Part shown: positions 46,067 through 56,479 of the stretch, piece after piece
Numbering within the stretch: the first letter of the stretch is position 1
Layout: each line of letters opens with the position of its first letter
NCBI GenBank assembly: GCA_963805015.1
Contig: CAWDSL010000024.1
Coordinates: 577,893 to 641,892 of the forward strand
Reading direction: 5' to 3'
Origin: an uncultured bacterium
GTDB lineage: Bacteria; Acidobacteriota; Aminicenantia; Aminicenantales; Saccharicenantaceae
Length of the DNA stretch: 64,000 bases
Notes under the pieces: generated by a model
Databases searched by the model: none
What the model saw: the letters and a program-made list of their open reading frames with translations, nothing else
Told to the model about the DNA's origin: nothing
Position numbers and translations under genes: made by a program

Positions 46067-46175
46067 GCGACTTCTCTCCGAGCCGGAGGAGCTAACGCCC
46101 TATCGGGCCACGCCCTCCGGCCGTTAGGGAAAAGCGGGAAACGGCTTTTCCTTCCATTGCGAAAAGGAGAACCTC

Positions 46176-48131
46176 ATGACGACATCCCTGCGCTCCAGAT
46201 CCTTCGTCGCCTTCTGCGGAACGCTCCTGTTCGGGATCGCGCTCGTTCTGTCCCCGGCCCTGGCCCAGGGAACGGCCGAGGATCAGAAGGCCAAAAAAGA
46301 ACAGGAAAAGCCCGTTCGGATCACCGAGGAGATCCAGGTCATCGGCAAGGCCCCCAAGGACGTCCCCCTGGCCACCGTCTCGACGATCGTGGCCACGGAC
46401 ATCGGCAAGCTCAAGCCCCGCGACCTCTCCGACGTGGTCAAGTACATCCCCGGTGCCATGGTCACCTTCGGGGACAAGGACACCTACAACCTGAAGCTCC
46501 GCGGCATCGGCGCCAACCGCATCGCCCTGCTCGTCGACGGCGTGCCCGTCTACGAGCCCTACTTCTCCACCTTCGACCTGAAGACGGTCTCGGCCGGCGG
46601 CATCGATACGCTGCAGGTGACCAAGGGCCCGTCCTCCGTCCTCTACGGCCCCAACACGCTCGGCGGCCTGGTCAACGTCATCACCCGGCGGCCCTCCTCC
46701 CGGCCCTATCTCTCGCTCACCGGCAGCGCCGGCGACAAGGCCACGACCGGAGTGGGCGCCGACGGATCGTACTCCTGGAAGAGCTTCTCGCTCGCGGCCA
46801 GCGCGCTGTACCAGGCCTCGGACGGGTTCTATTATCCCGATCCCGAGGCCGGCAAGACCCTGCGGGCCAACGGCGACTTCGAGCGCCTCAACCTCAGCGG
46901 CAAGCTCTACTTCACGCCTTCGGACAAGACCGAGATCATGGTCAGCGGCGGGACCTACCAGTCCGAGTACGGCATGCCCCCCGCCCTCTTCACCCAGCGC
47001 GCCCGGTATTGGCGCTTCCCGAAATGGGACCGTTCGACCCTGAGCGCGGGAGGCTTCACCTCGCTCGGCGGCGACGCCGTCCTGCGCTTCCGCAGCTTCT
47101 ATGTCAATTACTACAATACGCTGGACTGGTTCGCCGACCCGGCGATGACCGAGCTCGATTCGTCGAGCACCTACGACAACTCGTCCTACGGCGGGTTCGC
47201 CCTGGCCGAGATGCCCACCGGCGAGCGGAACACGGTCAAGGCCAGCCTCCTCTACCAGAAGGACATCGCCCGCATCCAGGACGACGCGGGGCTGCCCTGG
47301 GACCGTTACGACCAGGGCACGCTCTCGGCCGGCGTCGAGGACGAGTTCCGCCTGACCGACCAGTGGAAGGTCATCGGCGGCCTGAGCCTCGATCACATCT
47401 CCAAGTTCCAGGGAGGCGAGAACAACACCAAGCTCAATCCCCTGATCGGCGTCAAGTTCACGCCCAGCGAAGAGCTCGATTTCCACGTCTCCTTCGCCCG
47501 CAAATCGCGCTTCCCCTCGATGCGTTCCCTCTATTCGACGAGCTCGGGCAATCCCGACCTCCTGGCCGAGTCGGGGACGAGCTTCGAGTTCGCCGCGACC
47601 TGGAGCGGCCCGGTCTATCTGACGGGGACCGTCTTCTTCAACCGGTTCAAGGACTTCATCGACACCATCACCCTGGAGGGCGGAACGCGGCTGTACGTCA
47701 ACGTCGGCGAGGCCCACATCTACGGTTTCGAGATCCAGGCCCAGAAGAAGCTCGGCTGGTTGGAAGCGACCGTCAATTACACCTTCCTCGACCCGCGGAA
47801 CGACACCGACGACAGGCCGCTCGACGCCCAGCCCAAGAACAACCTCAATTTCGACCTCTCGGTCCTGCCGGCCAAGGGCGTCCGGGCCGGGGTCTACGGG
47901 CTGCTGGGCTCGAAGTCCTGGTGGTGGAACACGCGGACGAATCCCGCCACGCTGCTGGAGATCCCGTCGTTCTTCAACCTGGACGCCATCGTCAGCTACG
48001 AATTCCGGGAGCGCTACCAGGTCTTCATGAAGCTCGGCAACATCTTCGACCACTACTTCTACACCGAGCCCGGCTTCCCCTGGCGGGGGCGGTACTTCGA
48101 GGTGGGACTGCGCCTGGACGTCCTGAAGTAG
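46176..48131 (+). CDS. TonB-dependent outer-membrane receptor
   Basis: 651 aa with a signal peptide, plug-domain motifs (DTLQVTKGPSSVLYGPNTLGGLVNVITR), a beta-barrel and a C-terminal aromatic residue region. Confidence 0.92.
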   Translation: MTTSLRSRSFVAFCGTLLFGIALVLSPALAQGTAEDQKAKKEQEKPVRITEEIQVIGKAPKDVPLATVSTIVATDIGKLKPRDLSDVVKYIPGAMVTFGDKDTYNLKLRGIGANRIALLVDGVPVYEPYFSTFDLKTVSAGGIDTLQVTKGPSSVLYGPNTLGGLVNVITRRPSSRPYLSLTGSAGDKATTGVGADGSYSWKSFSLAASALYQASDGFYYPDPEAGKTLRANGDFERLNLSGKLYFTPSDKTEIMVSGGTYQSEYGMPPALFTQRARYWRFPKWDRSTLSAGGFTSLGGDAVLRFRSFYVNYYNTLDWFADPAMTELDSSSTYDNSSYGGFALAEMPTGERNTVKASLLYQKDIARIQDDAGLPWDRYDQGTLSAGVEDEFRLTDQWKVIGGLSLDHISKFQGGENNTKLNPLIGVKFTPSEELDFHVSFARKSRFPSMRSLYSTSSGNPDLLAESGTSFEFAATWSGPVYLTGTVFFNRFKDFIDTITLEGGTRLYVNVGEAHIYGFEIQAQKKLGWLEATVNYTFLDPRNDTDDRPLDAQPKNNLNFDLSVLPAKGVRAGVYGLLGSKSWWWNTRTNPATLLEIPSFFNLDAIVSYEFRERYQVFMKLGNIFDHYFYTEPGFPWRGRYFEVGLRLDVLK

Positions 48132-48134
48132 GGA

Positions 48135-48680
48135 CTAGAGCCCGAGCTCCTGGTCGATCCCCTGCATCGCCGTGATGGCGATGGTCAGGAACTCGTCGAG
48201 CTCGAGGCCGAGGTTCCGGCACTGCTCGATCTCCTCGCGGCGGGCGCCCCGGGCGAAGCTCTTCTCCTTGTAGCGCCTTTTCAGGAACTCGAGGTCGATG
48301 GCCTTGAGCTTCTTCGCCGGGTGCATCAGCGTCGCGGAGATGACCAGGCCGGTCAGGGGATCGACGGCGAAGATGGCCCAGTCCATGGGCGATTCGCACG
48401 GCACCTTGCCGGCGTGGGCCTCCACGGCGTGGATGACCGGCTCGGCGATGCCCTTCTCCCGCAGGACCTTGACCGTCTCGGTCGTGTGCAGCTCGGGGCT
48501 CTTGTCCGTGACCTCGTAGTCGAGGTCGTGGAGGATGCCGGCCAGGCCCCAGGGCTCGGGGTCGTGCCCGAGCCGCGCGGCCAGGGCCCGCATGCAGGCT
48601 TCGACGGACAGGCAGTGCTTGATGAGGTTCTTGTTGGCCAGGTGGCTGTGGAGCAGCTCGAGGGCTTCAGCGCGGGTCAT
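48135..48680 (-). CDS. HD/HDIG-domain metal-dependent phosphohydrolase
   Basis: 181 aa with H...HD motifs (IKHCLSVEACM, AGILHDLDY). Confidence 0.85.
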   Translation of the reverse strand: MTRAEALELLHSHLANKNLIKHCLSVEACMRALAARLGHDPEPWGLAGILHDLDYEVTDKSPELHTTETVKVLREKGIAEPVIHAVEAHAGKVPCESPMDWAIFAVDPLTGLVISATLMHPAKKLKAIDLEFLKRRYKEKSFARGARREEIEQCRNLGLELDEFLTIAITAMQGIDQELGL

Positions 48681-48692
48681 CGTCGGTCTCCT

Positions 48693-49136
48693 TCAGTTGT
48701 AGGCTTCCATGACCGCCCGGTCTTCCTTCATCAGGTCGCCGGCGATCTCCTCCATCTTCATGTCCTTCCAATAAGGCAGCTTCTGATGGGCTTCGTAGTA
48801 CTTGAGCGGGATGGGATGCGTGCCGACCACGACGGGGAGGCCGTACTTGGACTCGATGAACTGCTTGAACTGGGCGATGTAAGGGCAGGGCGGGTAGCCG
48901 ACGACGAATCCGGTGGCCAGGTGAATGACCTCGGCCCCGTTCTTCTTCATCTCCTCGGGGACGTACTCGATGTTGCCGCCGGGGCAGCCGCCGCAGTTCG
49001 AGAATCCCACGACCTCGACGGGCTCGTCCTTGGCGTAGCGGGCGAAGCCGCCCTGCCGCTCCCGGACGGACCGGAAGCACTTGCCGCCCCCGCAGGACTG
49101 GTAGCGGCTGCAGATGATGATGCCGACTTTCTTCAT
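48693..49136 (-). CDS. CGGC-domain protein
   Basis: 147 aa with Cys clusters CSRYQSCGGGKC and NCGGCPG. Confidence 0.8.
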   Translation of the reverse strand: MKKVGIIICSRYQSCGGGKCFRSVRERQGGFARYAKDEPVEVVGFSNCGGCPGGNIEYVPEEMKKNGAEVIHLATGFVVGYPPCPYIAQFKQFIESKYGLPVVVGTHPIPLKYYEAHQKLPYWKDMKMEEIAGDLMKEDRAVMEAYN

Positions 49137-49206
49137 GGCGCGCTCCTGTTCAGGGAACGCAAGGATAACTCATTTCGGTGGGCGCCGTCCAGCGGCCCGG
49201 GGGCCT

Positions 49207-50100
49207 TCACCGGGACCTGAGGAAGACGAGGCGCTGGCGGCCGGAATCTTCGTCCTCTTCGACGAGGACGACGAAGGGAGGCGACCAGACGGCGCCGGCG
49301 GCCAGGGTCCCGGACGTCAGGTGCTGGCCGATGCGCTCGCCGGTCCGGAGGTCGAAGACGAGGAGCCGGCCGGCGGCCGGAGAGACCAGGAGCGAGGTGC
49401 CGGCGCGAGCCGGCTCGTAGACGACCCTCGAGGGGATGGCTTCCCACGAGAGGATCGACCCTCCCCTGCCCGAGAGGAAATACAGGGTGCTGTTCGAGGC
49501 GACGACGGCGACCCGGCGGCCGAAAACGATCGCCGGATGCAGCGGCGAGCCCTGGAGCTTGCGCTTCCATTTCAGCTTGCCCGTCGTCGCGGCCAGGCAA
49601 TAGAACGTCCGTTCCGAATCGCCGAAATAAACGCGGCCGCCTGCCACGGTGGGCTCCGCCCGGATGCCCCCCGCGGCCTTGAACTCCCAGAGGAGATGGC
49701 CTTTGATATCACCGGCCCCGAGGAGACCGCCGGAGTCGCCGGAGAGCGTTCCTTTCAGCCGGCCGTCGCCGTCACGCACGAGAACGGGCCCGGCCGTGAT
49801 CTGGTCGTCGGACGGCGAGGATCCGGGCCCGATATCAACGGCTTTGTATCGCCGCAGAAGGGTCCGCGACGAGACGACGACTTCCGTGAGATAGCCCTCT
49901 TGATCGAGATAGCGGATGATCCCGTCCCGCGCCCGCGGCTGGCCGACGACGCGCCCTTGGATCTCGAGCGACCCGGCCTCGGCGAGAGGCAAGCGCAGCG
50001 GGAAGGGATCGATGAGGGTTACCCCGGTCCTGGCGACACATCCCGCGAGGGCCAGTGCGAGTGCGCCTGCGAACACGAACAAGCGATTGGGGATCTGCAT
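49207..50100 (-). CDS. PQQ-like beta-propeller repeat lipoprotein (BamB-like)
   Basis: I chose the ATG at 50100 (the track start at 50106 is TTG). Lipobox LALAGC. Repeats of the type GGRVYFGDSERTFYCLAATTGKLKW. Confidence 0.75.
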   Translation of the reverse strand: MQIPNRLFVFAGALALALAGCVARTGVTLIDPFPLRLPLAEAGSLEIQGRVVGQPRARDGIIRYLDQEGYLTEVVVSSRTLLRRYKAVDIGPGSSPSDDQITAGPVLVRDGDGRLKGTLSGDSGGLLGAGDIKGHLLWEFKAAGGIRAEPTVAGGRVYFGDSERTFYCLAATTGKLKWKRKLQGSPLHPAIVFGRRVAVVASNSTLYFLSGRGGSILSWEAIPSRVVYEPARAGTSLLVSPAAGRLLVFDLRTGERIGQHLTSGTLAAGAVWSPPFVVLVEEDEDSGRQRLVFLRSR

Positions 50101-50275
50101 GCTCAACTGGATTATATAACAAATGCCTGTTCATGCTTCGTTCTGCGAATACGATGGGAGGCTGCGGAAGAAGGGGCTGAGGGGAATCGCGGAGTGAGCA
50201 TGTAGCAGGGTTCAGGCCGAGGGCTCTTTGCGCCGGGCGGCGTAAACTGGTATCATCTCCGGCTGGGAGCCGGGC

Positions 50276-50470
50276 ATGGTCAATTACATCCTGCTGTACA
50301 AGATCCGCCGCATCGTCAAGAAGATCCTCAAGGACAAGATCGCCGACGACGAGATCGCCACGACCCCCAAGTCGTGCATCGGCTGCCTGGCCGACGACAT
50401 CAGCTGGGAGGTCTACTACCTGCTCAAGGACAAAGAGGACAAGGACGCGCCGCCGCCCGCCGAGGGCTGA
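50276..50470 (+). CDS. small hypothetical protein (64 aa)
   Basis: ORF preceded by a TTGCGC-N17-TATCAT promoter-like sequence (about 50231-50259). Lys/Asp-rich composition unlike shadow ORFs. No family recognised. Confidence 0.5.
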   Translation: MVNYILLYKIRRIVKKILKDKIADDEIATTPKSCIGCLADDISWEVYYLLKDKEDKDAPPPAEG

Positions 50471-50473
50471 GAA

Positions 50474-51820
50474 TCAAGGCTTCTCCTCGCGCTTCCCTTC
50501 CCGGAGCTTGGCCTTGAGATTTTCCCACCACTCGATCCGCTTGCGGATCTCCTTCTCGAAGCCGAGGCTGCCGGGCTCGTAGTACTTACGGCCGCGCAGC
50601 CTCTCGGGCATGGTCTCCATGTCGGTCGTCGCCAGGGCGCTGTCGTGGGCGTACCGGTAATCCCTGCCGTAGCCGATCTCCTTCATCAGGGAGGTCACGG
50701 CGTTGCGGATCGGCATCGGCACGGGCTCATGCGGGCTGTGTTCGACCTCTTTCTGGACCGCGCCGTACGCGGTATAGATGCGGTTGCTCTTGGGCGCGGC
50801 CGCCAGGTAGACGACGGCCTCGGCCAGGGCCAGCTCCCCTTCCGGCGTGCCCAGGAAGTCGTAGGCCTCCTTGGCGTGGAGCGTGATAGCCAGGGCTTGC
50901 GGGTCGGCCAGGCCGATGTCCTCGGAGGCGAAACGGACCATGCGGCGGGCGACGTAGAGCGGGTCCTCGCCCGAGGCCAGCATCCGGACGAGCCAGTAGA
51001 GCGCGGCGTCGACGTCGCTGTTGCGCAGGCTCTTGTGGAGGGCGGAGATGAGGTTGAAGTGCTCCTCTCCGGACTTGTCGTAGAGCAGCGTCCGCTTCTG
51101 GAGGGCCTCCTGGACGTTCTCCATGGTGATGGTCTTGGTCCGGGCCAAGCCGGCCGCGATCTCGAGCGTGTTCAGGGCCCGGCGGGCGTCGCCGTTGGCG
51201 AAGTCGATGAGCATGTCCCGGGCCGCCGGATCGATGGCCAGGCCGGCCGCGCCGAGCCCGCGCTCCGCGTCTTCGAGGGCGTCGCCGATGATGCGGACCA
51301 GGGCCTCGCGGTCGAGCTCCTTGAGGACGAGGACGCGGGTCCGGGAGAGGAGCGGGGCGATGACCTCGAAGGAGGGGTTTTCCGTCGTCGAGCCGAAGAG
51401 GATGATGTCCCCCTTCTCGACGTAGGGCAGGAAGGCCGCCTGCTGGGCCTTGTTGAAGCGGTGGATCTCGTCGATGAACAGGACCATGGGCTTGCCGAAG
51501 AGCTTCTTCTGCTGCTCGGCCCGGGCCATGAACTCCTTGACCTCCTTGATGCCGGACAGGACGGCGCTGAAGAGCTCGCAGGGCAGGTCGAAGTGGCCGG
51601 CCAGCATGGTCCCCAGGGTCGTCTTGCCGGAGCCGGGCGGGCCCCAGAAGATGATGGAGACGAGCCGGTTCGACTCGATGAGCTCGGCCAGGAGCTTGCC
51701 CTTGCCCAGGATGTGGTCCTGGCCGTAGACGCGGTCGAAGGTCCGCGGGCGCATGCGCTCGGCGAGCGGCGTGTGCGCCCCCTTGTCCCGGTCCTTCCTC
51801 TTCGCGTCCGTGGGCGCCAT
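50474..51820 (-). CDS. rarA: replication-associated recombination protein A (AAA+ ATPase)
   Basis: 448 aa with Walker A GPPGSGKTT, Walker B LFIDEIHRF and the MgsA C-terminal domain (HFNLISALHKSLRNSD). Confidence 0.95.
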   Translation of the reverse strand: MAPTDAKRKDRDKGAHTPLAERMRPRTFDRVYGQDHILGKGKLLAELIESNRLVSIIFWGPPGSGKTTLGTMLAGHFDLPCELFSAVLSGIKEVKEFMARAEQQKKLFGKPMVLFIDEIHRFNKAQQAAFLPYVEKGDIILFGSTTENPSFEVIAPLLSRTRVLVLKELDREALVRIIGDALEDAERGLGAAGLAIDPAARDMLIDFANGDARRALNTLEIAAGLARTKTITMENVQEALQKRTLLYDKSGEEHFNLISALHKSLRNSDVDAALYWLVRMLASGEDPLYVARRMVRFASEDIGLADPQALAITLHAKEAYDFLGTPEGELALAEAVVYLAAAPKSNRIYTAYGAVQKEVEHSPHEPVPMPIRNAVTSLMKEIGYGRDYRYAHDSALATTDMETMPERLRGRKYYEPGSLGFEKEIRKRIEWWENLKAKLREGKREEKP

Positions 51821-51929
51821 GGTGCCCGGATTATATCACATCCGGCCGGGCCCGGTTCCCGCCCGCCGGGGACCGGGATCCCCTCGCGCCTTGACCAAGA
51901 TTCCGGAAAATGCTACCGTTGGCCTCCTC

Positions 51930-52304
51930 ATGGCCGAGAAGAAGGACCCGTCCAAGACCAAGCTCGTCTACAAGCTCGACGAGGTCAGCCGGTTGACCGG
52001 CGTCGACGCCGCCACCCTGTCGGCCTGGGAGGAGGAGTTCCCTTTCCTCAGCGCCGGGTTGACCGGGAGCGGCGAGAAATTCTTTCGCCAGCAGGACGTG
52101 GCCATCGTCTCCCGGATCAAGGAGCTGATGGCGACCAAGACCTTGACCATGGCCGGGATCAAGAGGAAGATCGAGGATGAGTTCGGCCTGGCCCGTTCGA
52201 ATCCGGTCCACCCGGAGAGGCTCCGCAAGGCCTTGAACAGCGTCCGCGACGAGCTCCAGGACATCGTGGCCTCCCTCGACGGCGGCCGCAAAAAAAAGTC
52301 ATAA
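51930..52304 (+). CDS. MerR-family transcriptional regulator
   Basis: I chose the ATG at 51930. Helix-turn-helix YKLDEVSRLTGVDAATLSAWEEEF followed by a coiled-coil tail. Confidence 0.75.
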   Translation: MAEKKDPSKTKLVYKLDEVSRLTGVDAATLSAWEEEFPFLSAGLTGSGEKFFRQQDVAIVSRIKELMATKTLTMAGIKRKIEDEFGLARSNPVHPERLRKALNSVRDELQDIVASLDGGRKKKS

Positions 52305-52340
52305 ATCCCCCCGTTTCTGCTATAATGGGGAACCCCGGTT

Positions 52341-52417
52341 CGGGACGTGGCGCAGCCTGGTAGCGCACATGCTTGGGGTGCATGGGGTCGGCGGTTCGAA
52401 TCCGCCCGTCCCGACCA
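52341..52417 (+). tRNA. tRNA-Pro (anticodon GGG), CCA encoded
   Basis: CGGGACG-TG-GCGC-AGCCTGGTA-GCGC-A-CATGC-TTGGGGT-GCATG-GGGTC-GGCGG-TTCGAAT-CCGCC-CGTCCCG-A-CCA. Confidence 0.92.
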
Positions 52418-52442
52418 TTTTTTTCATCCGAATGGGGCGCTC

Positions 52443-52679
52443 ATGAAGATCGGTGTCTGCGGCATCGCCTGTGAGGCGTGCCCGAGCATGGTCCGGGGCA
52501 CGTGCCCGAACGGAGAGGCCGGCTGCCGTCCCAAGGAAAACCCCTTCTGCGCGATCTCCACGTGCGCGCTCCACAAGGGCGTGACGCTGTGTTTCGAATG
52601 CGCCGATTTCCCCTGTGAGACCACCAAGCAGGGCCCCATCTCCTTCGGCTACTGCCAGTACATCGCCGGGAAAAGCTGA
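52443..52679 (+). CDS. DUF3795-like Cys-rich protein
   Basis: 78 aa from the ATG at 52443: CGIACEACP...C..C...CAISTCALHKG...CFECADFPC. Confidence 0.75.
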   Translation: MKIGVCGIACEACPSMVRGTCPNGEAGCRPKENPFCAISTCALHKGVTLCFECADFPCETTKQGPISFGYCQYIAGKS

Positions 52680-52695
52680 GGACGGGAGGATCGAG

Positions 52696-53049
52696 ATGAC
52701 AACCATGAAAAAAGAAAAGGGCGCCGAGGACCTGAAGGGCCGGGCCCTGGACCTGGCCGGCCTGATCGGCTATCAGGACGGGGCCATCGTCAGCCGCGAG
52801 GTCGTCAGCCAGGCGACCGGGACGGTGACGGTGTTCGCGTTCGACGAAGGCGAACAGCTCAGCGAGCACACGGCCCCCTTCGATGCCCTGGTCGTCGACC
52901 TCGACGGCCAGGCCGATATCGCCATCGGCGGCCAGTCCCACCGGGTCAAGCCCGGCCAGATGATCATCATGCCGGCCGGCATCCCCCACGGGCTGAAGGC
53001 CGTGACCCGATTCAAGATGCTCCTGGTCATGATCAAGAAACCGGCGTGA
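52696..53049 (+). CDS. cupin-domain protein
   Basis: 117 aa from the ATG at 52696 (GGGAGGA upstream), with the cupin motif region SEHTAPFDALVVDLDGQADIAIGG...MPAGIPH. Confidence 0.8.
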   Translation: MTTMKKEKGAEDLKGRALDLAGLIGYQDGAIVSREVVSQATGTVTVFAFDEGEQLSEHTAPFDALVVDLDGQADIAIGGQSHRVKPGQMIIMPAGIPHGLKAVTRFKMLLVMIKKPA

Positions 53050-53848
53050 GCGGACCTTCCCAACGCGGGGCCCGGGACGGGCGGCCCGTCATCCTCCTGA
53101 CCAACGACGACGGGTTCTACTGCGAGACGATCCAGGTCCTCTTCCGCCGGCTCGGGAAGCTGGGCCGGACCTACATCGTCGCTCCCGACCGGGAGCGGAG
53201 CGCCTGTTCCCTGGCCGTCACGCTGAGACGGCCGCTGCGCGCCCAGCGCGTCAAGCCGCGCGTCTGGGCGGTCGAGGGCACGCCGGTCGACTGCGTCTAC
53301 TTCGCCCTGCAGAAGTTCCTCCCCCGCCGGCCGGACCTCATCGTTTCGGGCATGAACCCGGGGCCGAACCTCGGCCAGCAGGATATCAACTACTCGGGCA
53401 CGGTCGCCGGGGCCATCCAGGGGACCTTTCACGGCATCCCCTCGATCGCGGTCTCGCTCCTCGCCGACGGGAAGGGCCGCTTCGACCTGAAGCACGCGGC
53501 CGGGATCGTCGAGACGATCGCCGCCGACGTCCTGGCCTCGGGACTGCCCGCGGGGACCGCCCTCAACGTCAACATCCCGCCGCCGCCGGTCCGGGGCGTC
53601 AAGATCACGCGCTTGGGCTGGAAGTTCTACGATCCTGAGATCATCGAGAAGACCGACCCCCGCAATGCGTCCTATTACTGGATCGGGACGGGAACGCCGA
53701 GGCGCGTGGGCGACGCCGGCACCGACGTCATGGCCGCTCACGCCGGCTACATCTCGCTGACCCCCCTCCACACCGACATGACCGCTCATCAAATCCTTCG
53801 CTCGCCCGAGCTTCGACGGATCTCGAGGATCTTGAAGCCCGCGAAGGC

Positions 53849-53852
<4 letters not shown>
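53046..53852 (+). CDS. surE: 5'/3'-nucleotidase SurE
   Basis: 268 aa. The GTG start overlaps the cupin stop (GTGA). Motifs: ILLTNDDG, SGMNPGPNLG, YSGTVAGA. Confidence 0.92.
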
Positions 53853-54490
<638 letters not shown>

Positions 54491-54600
54491 GGTCCCCTAA
54501 TATACCCGGCCGCGCCGGACGAAGCAAACGAGGTCAATGATCTTCGCGCCCGGCCCGCCTGAAAGGGAAGGCGGAAGAAGGCCTAAACAGCTCATATTAT

Positions 54601-54630
54601 TTGACTTGCTGTGGTCCGACCCCGTACAAT
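54601..54630 (+). promoter_or_regulatory. sigma70-like promoter TTGACT-N18-TACAAT, 6 nt upstream of the in-frame GTG at 54637
   Basis: TTGACT at 54601-54606 and TACAAT at 54625-54630. The TTG that opens the track ORF is part of the -35 hexamer. Confidence 0.4.
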
Positions 54631-54636
54631 GAGCGC

Positions 54637-55587
54637 GTGAACAGGAAGCTGCCGCTCGTCGCCAAGGCCCTCGAGCGCCTTACCCCGCTCGAGTCGTCCT
54701 GCACCCTCTGCCCCCGCGTTTGCCGGGTCGACCGGACCAAGGGCGCGGAGGGCGTTTGCCGGACCGGACACCAGGCCTCCGTCTCCCACGCCCTGCTCCA
54801 CTTCGGCGAGGAGCCCGTCGTCAGCGGCACGGCCGGGTCGGGCACGGTCTTCTTCAGCGGCTGCAACCTCAAGTGCCTGTTCTGCCAGAACTACCAGCTC
54901 AGCTGGCTCGGCGAGGGCACGCCGACGACCGACCAGGAGCTGGCCGCCCTGATGCTCGGCCTCCAAGGCCAGGGCGCCCGCAACATCAATCTCGTCTCCC
55001 CGAGCCACGTGGTGCTGCCCGTCCTGCGGGCCCTGCGGATCGCCCTCGAGGTCGGTCTCTCGATCCCCCTGGTCTGGAACTCCAACGGCTACGACAGCCT
55101 CGAGGTCGTCCAGGCCCTGGAGGGCATCGTCGATGTCTACCTGCCCGATCTGAAGTACGTTTCCGCCGCGCTCTCCAAGGAATACTCCTCCGCGCCGGAC
55201 TACTTCGCCCGGGCCTCCGAAGCCGTCAAGGAGATGTCGCTGCAGCAGCCCGCCCTGGACCTCGGGCCGGACGGCACGGCCCGCCGGGGCCTCGTCGTCC
55301 GCCATCTGGTCCTCCCGGGCGCGGTCGAGGACACCCTGGCCGTGCTCGACTGGATCGGCCGGAACCTCTCCCCGTACATCGGCCTCAGCCTGATGAGCCA
55401 GTACCATCCCTGTTTCCGGGCGCCCGAGGAGATCCGGCGCGGCGTCTCCGCGGAGGAATACGGGCGGGCGGCGGAAGCGGCGATGGGGCTGGGTCTCGAT
55501 CACCTCTTCCTCCAGCCGGAGCCGTTCGAGGCGGACGAGCACCTTCTCCCCGATTTCAGGAAAGAGAAGCCGTTCCGCTGGAAATAG
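54637..55587 (+). CDS. radical SAM protein (PflX-like activating-enzyme family)
   Basis: Contains a CTLCPRVC cluster and the radical-SAM CxxxCxxC motif GCNLKCLFCQN. I prefer a start at GTG 54637; the alternative is TTG 54601. Confidence 0.85.
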   Translation: MNRKLPLVAKALERLTPLESSCTLCPRVCRVDRTKGAEGVCRTGHQASVSHALLHFGEEPVVSGTAGSGTVFFSGCNLKCLFCQNYQLSWLGEGTPTTDQELAALMLGLQGQGARNINLVSPSHVVLPVLRALRIALEVGLSIPLVWNSNGYDSLEVVQALEGIVDVYLPDLKYVSAALSKEYSSAPDYFARASEAVKEMSLQQPALDLGPDGTARRGLVVRHLVLPGAVEDTLAVLDWIGRNLSPYIGLSLMSQYHPCFRAPEEIRRGVSAEEYGRAAEAAMGLGLDHLFLQPEPFEADEHLLPDFRKEKPFRWK

Positions 55588-55597
55588 GGGCCCGGCC

Positions 55598-56470
55598 CTA
55601 TTTCACGGCCGTCGCGTACGTCCGCGGCTTGGGCAGGCGCGATCCGGCGATCCCCAGCGCGGCCGCGAACTCCCCGATCTTGGCATGGACCGCCACGACG
55701 CCCTTCGGGCCGAGGCGCAGGAGCTGTTTCTGCGCCGCGCTCAGGCTCTCGAGGGTCTCGTCCGTCATGGCGTAGCTCAGAACCCTCGGCTCGAGGCGGA
55801 CCGGGCCATCGACGACGGGGGTTTCGAGGAGCTCGCCCATGGCCCGGACGAGCGTGTCGTCGAAATCGACGCCGGGATAGCCCAGCTCGGCGTACGCTTC
55901 CTGGAGGAGCGGCTTCGCCGCCCGGTAGAGCCGGGCCGCGGCCGCCGCGTCGAGCGACAGGGCCACGCCGACGACGGCGTCGTAGCGGGCGTAGGAGGCC
56001 GGGTCGACGAGGGTCCCCTGCTTCGTCCGGGCGACGCGGAAGTCCCCCTTCGGGGCGTAGAAATCGATGTGCGACTTCGGGCTCAGCCCGTTGGCGACGT
56101 TGTCGACGGAGACGACGAACTTCCGGACCAGGTCCTTGGAAAGCAGCCAGCGGACGAACTCCGGATCGGCCGAGAGGGCCGCGGCGAACTCCCGGACGGC
56201 CGGATCGCTCTCCCCGAGCGCGACGGCGGGGAAGGCCAGCGGCTCGCCTGCCGGGGTCGCGGGGGCGCCCGCCTCGCCGGGCGGCAGGACGGTCTCGGCG
56301 GCCGGAGCGGGTCCGGGGGCCGGTCTCTCCGGCTTCTTCATGAAGACGAAATAGTACAAAGCCGCGAGGGCGGCCAGGATCCCGAGGATCGCGGCGACGA
56401 GCCCTCCGATCCCCTTCTTCTCCTCCTCGGGACCGTCGTCCCGATCGCCCTCGAACCGCAGCTCGTCCAT
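55598..56470 (-). CDS. DUF3014-like membrane-anchored protein
   Basis: 290 aa with an acidic N-terminus, one TM helix and a conserved C-terminal domain (FVVSVDNVANG...YARYDAVV...AYAELGYPG). GAGGAGGGG upstream. Confidence 0.7.
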   Translation of the reverse strand: MDELRFEGDRDDGPEEEKKGIGGLVAAILGILAALAALYYFVFMKKPERPAPGPAPAAETVLPPGEAGAPATPAGEPLAFPAVALGESDPAVREFAAALSADPEFVRWLLSKDLVRKFVVSVDNVANGLSPKSHIDFYAPKGDFRVARTKQGTLVDPASYARYDAVVGVALSLDAAAAARLYRAAKPLLQEAYAELGYPGVDFDDTLVRAMGELLETPVVDGPVRLEPRVLSYAMTDETLESLSAAQKQLLRLGPKGVVAVHAKIGEFAAALGIAGSRLPKPRTYATAVK

Positions 56471-56479
56471 GTCCCCTCC

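Noticed and set aside
46019-46175. Cobalamin or TPP riboswitch upstream of the TonB-dependent receptor
   Set aside because: There is no B12 box (GCCACUG-type) and no TPP CUGAGA/ACCUGA core. The leader is also only about 100 nt, too short for a cobalamin aptamer.
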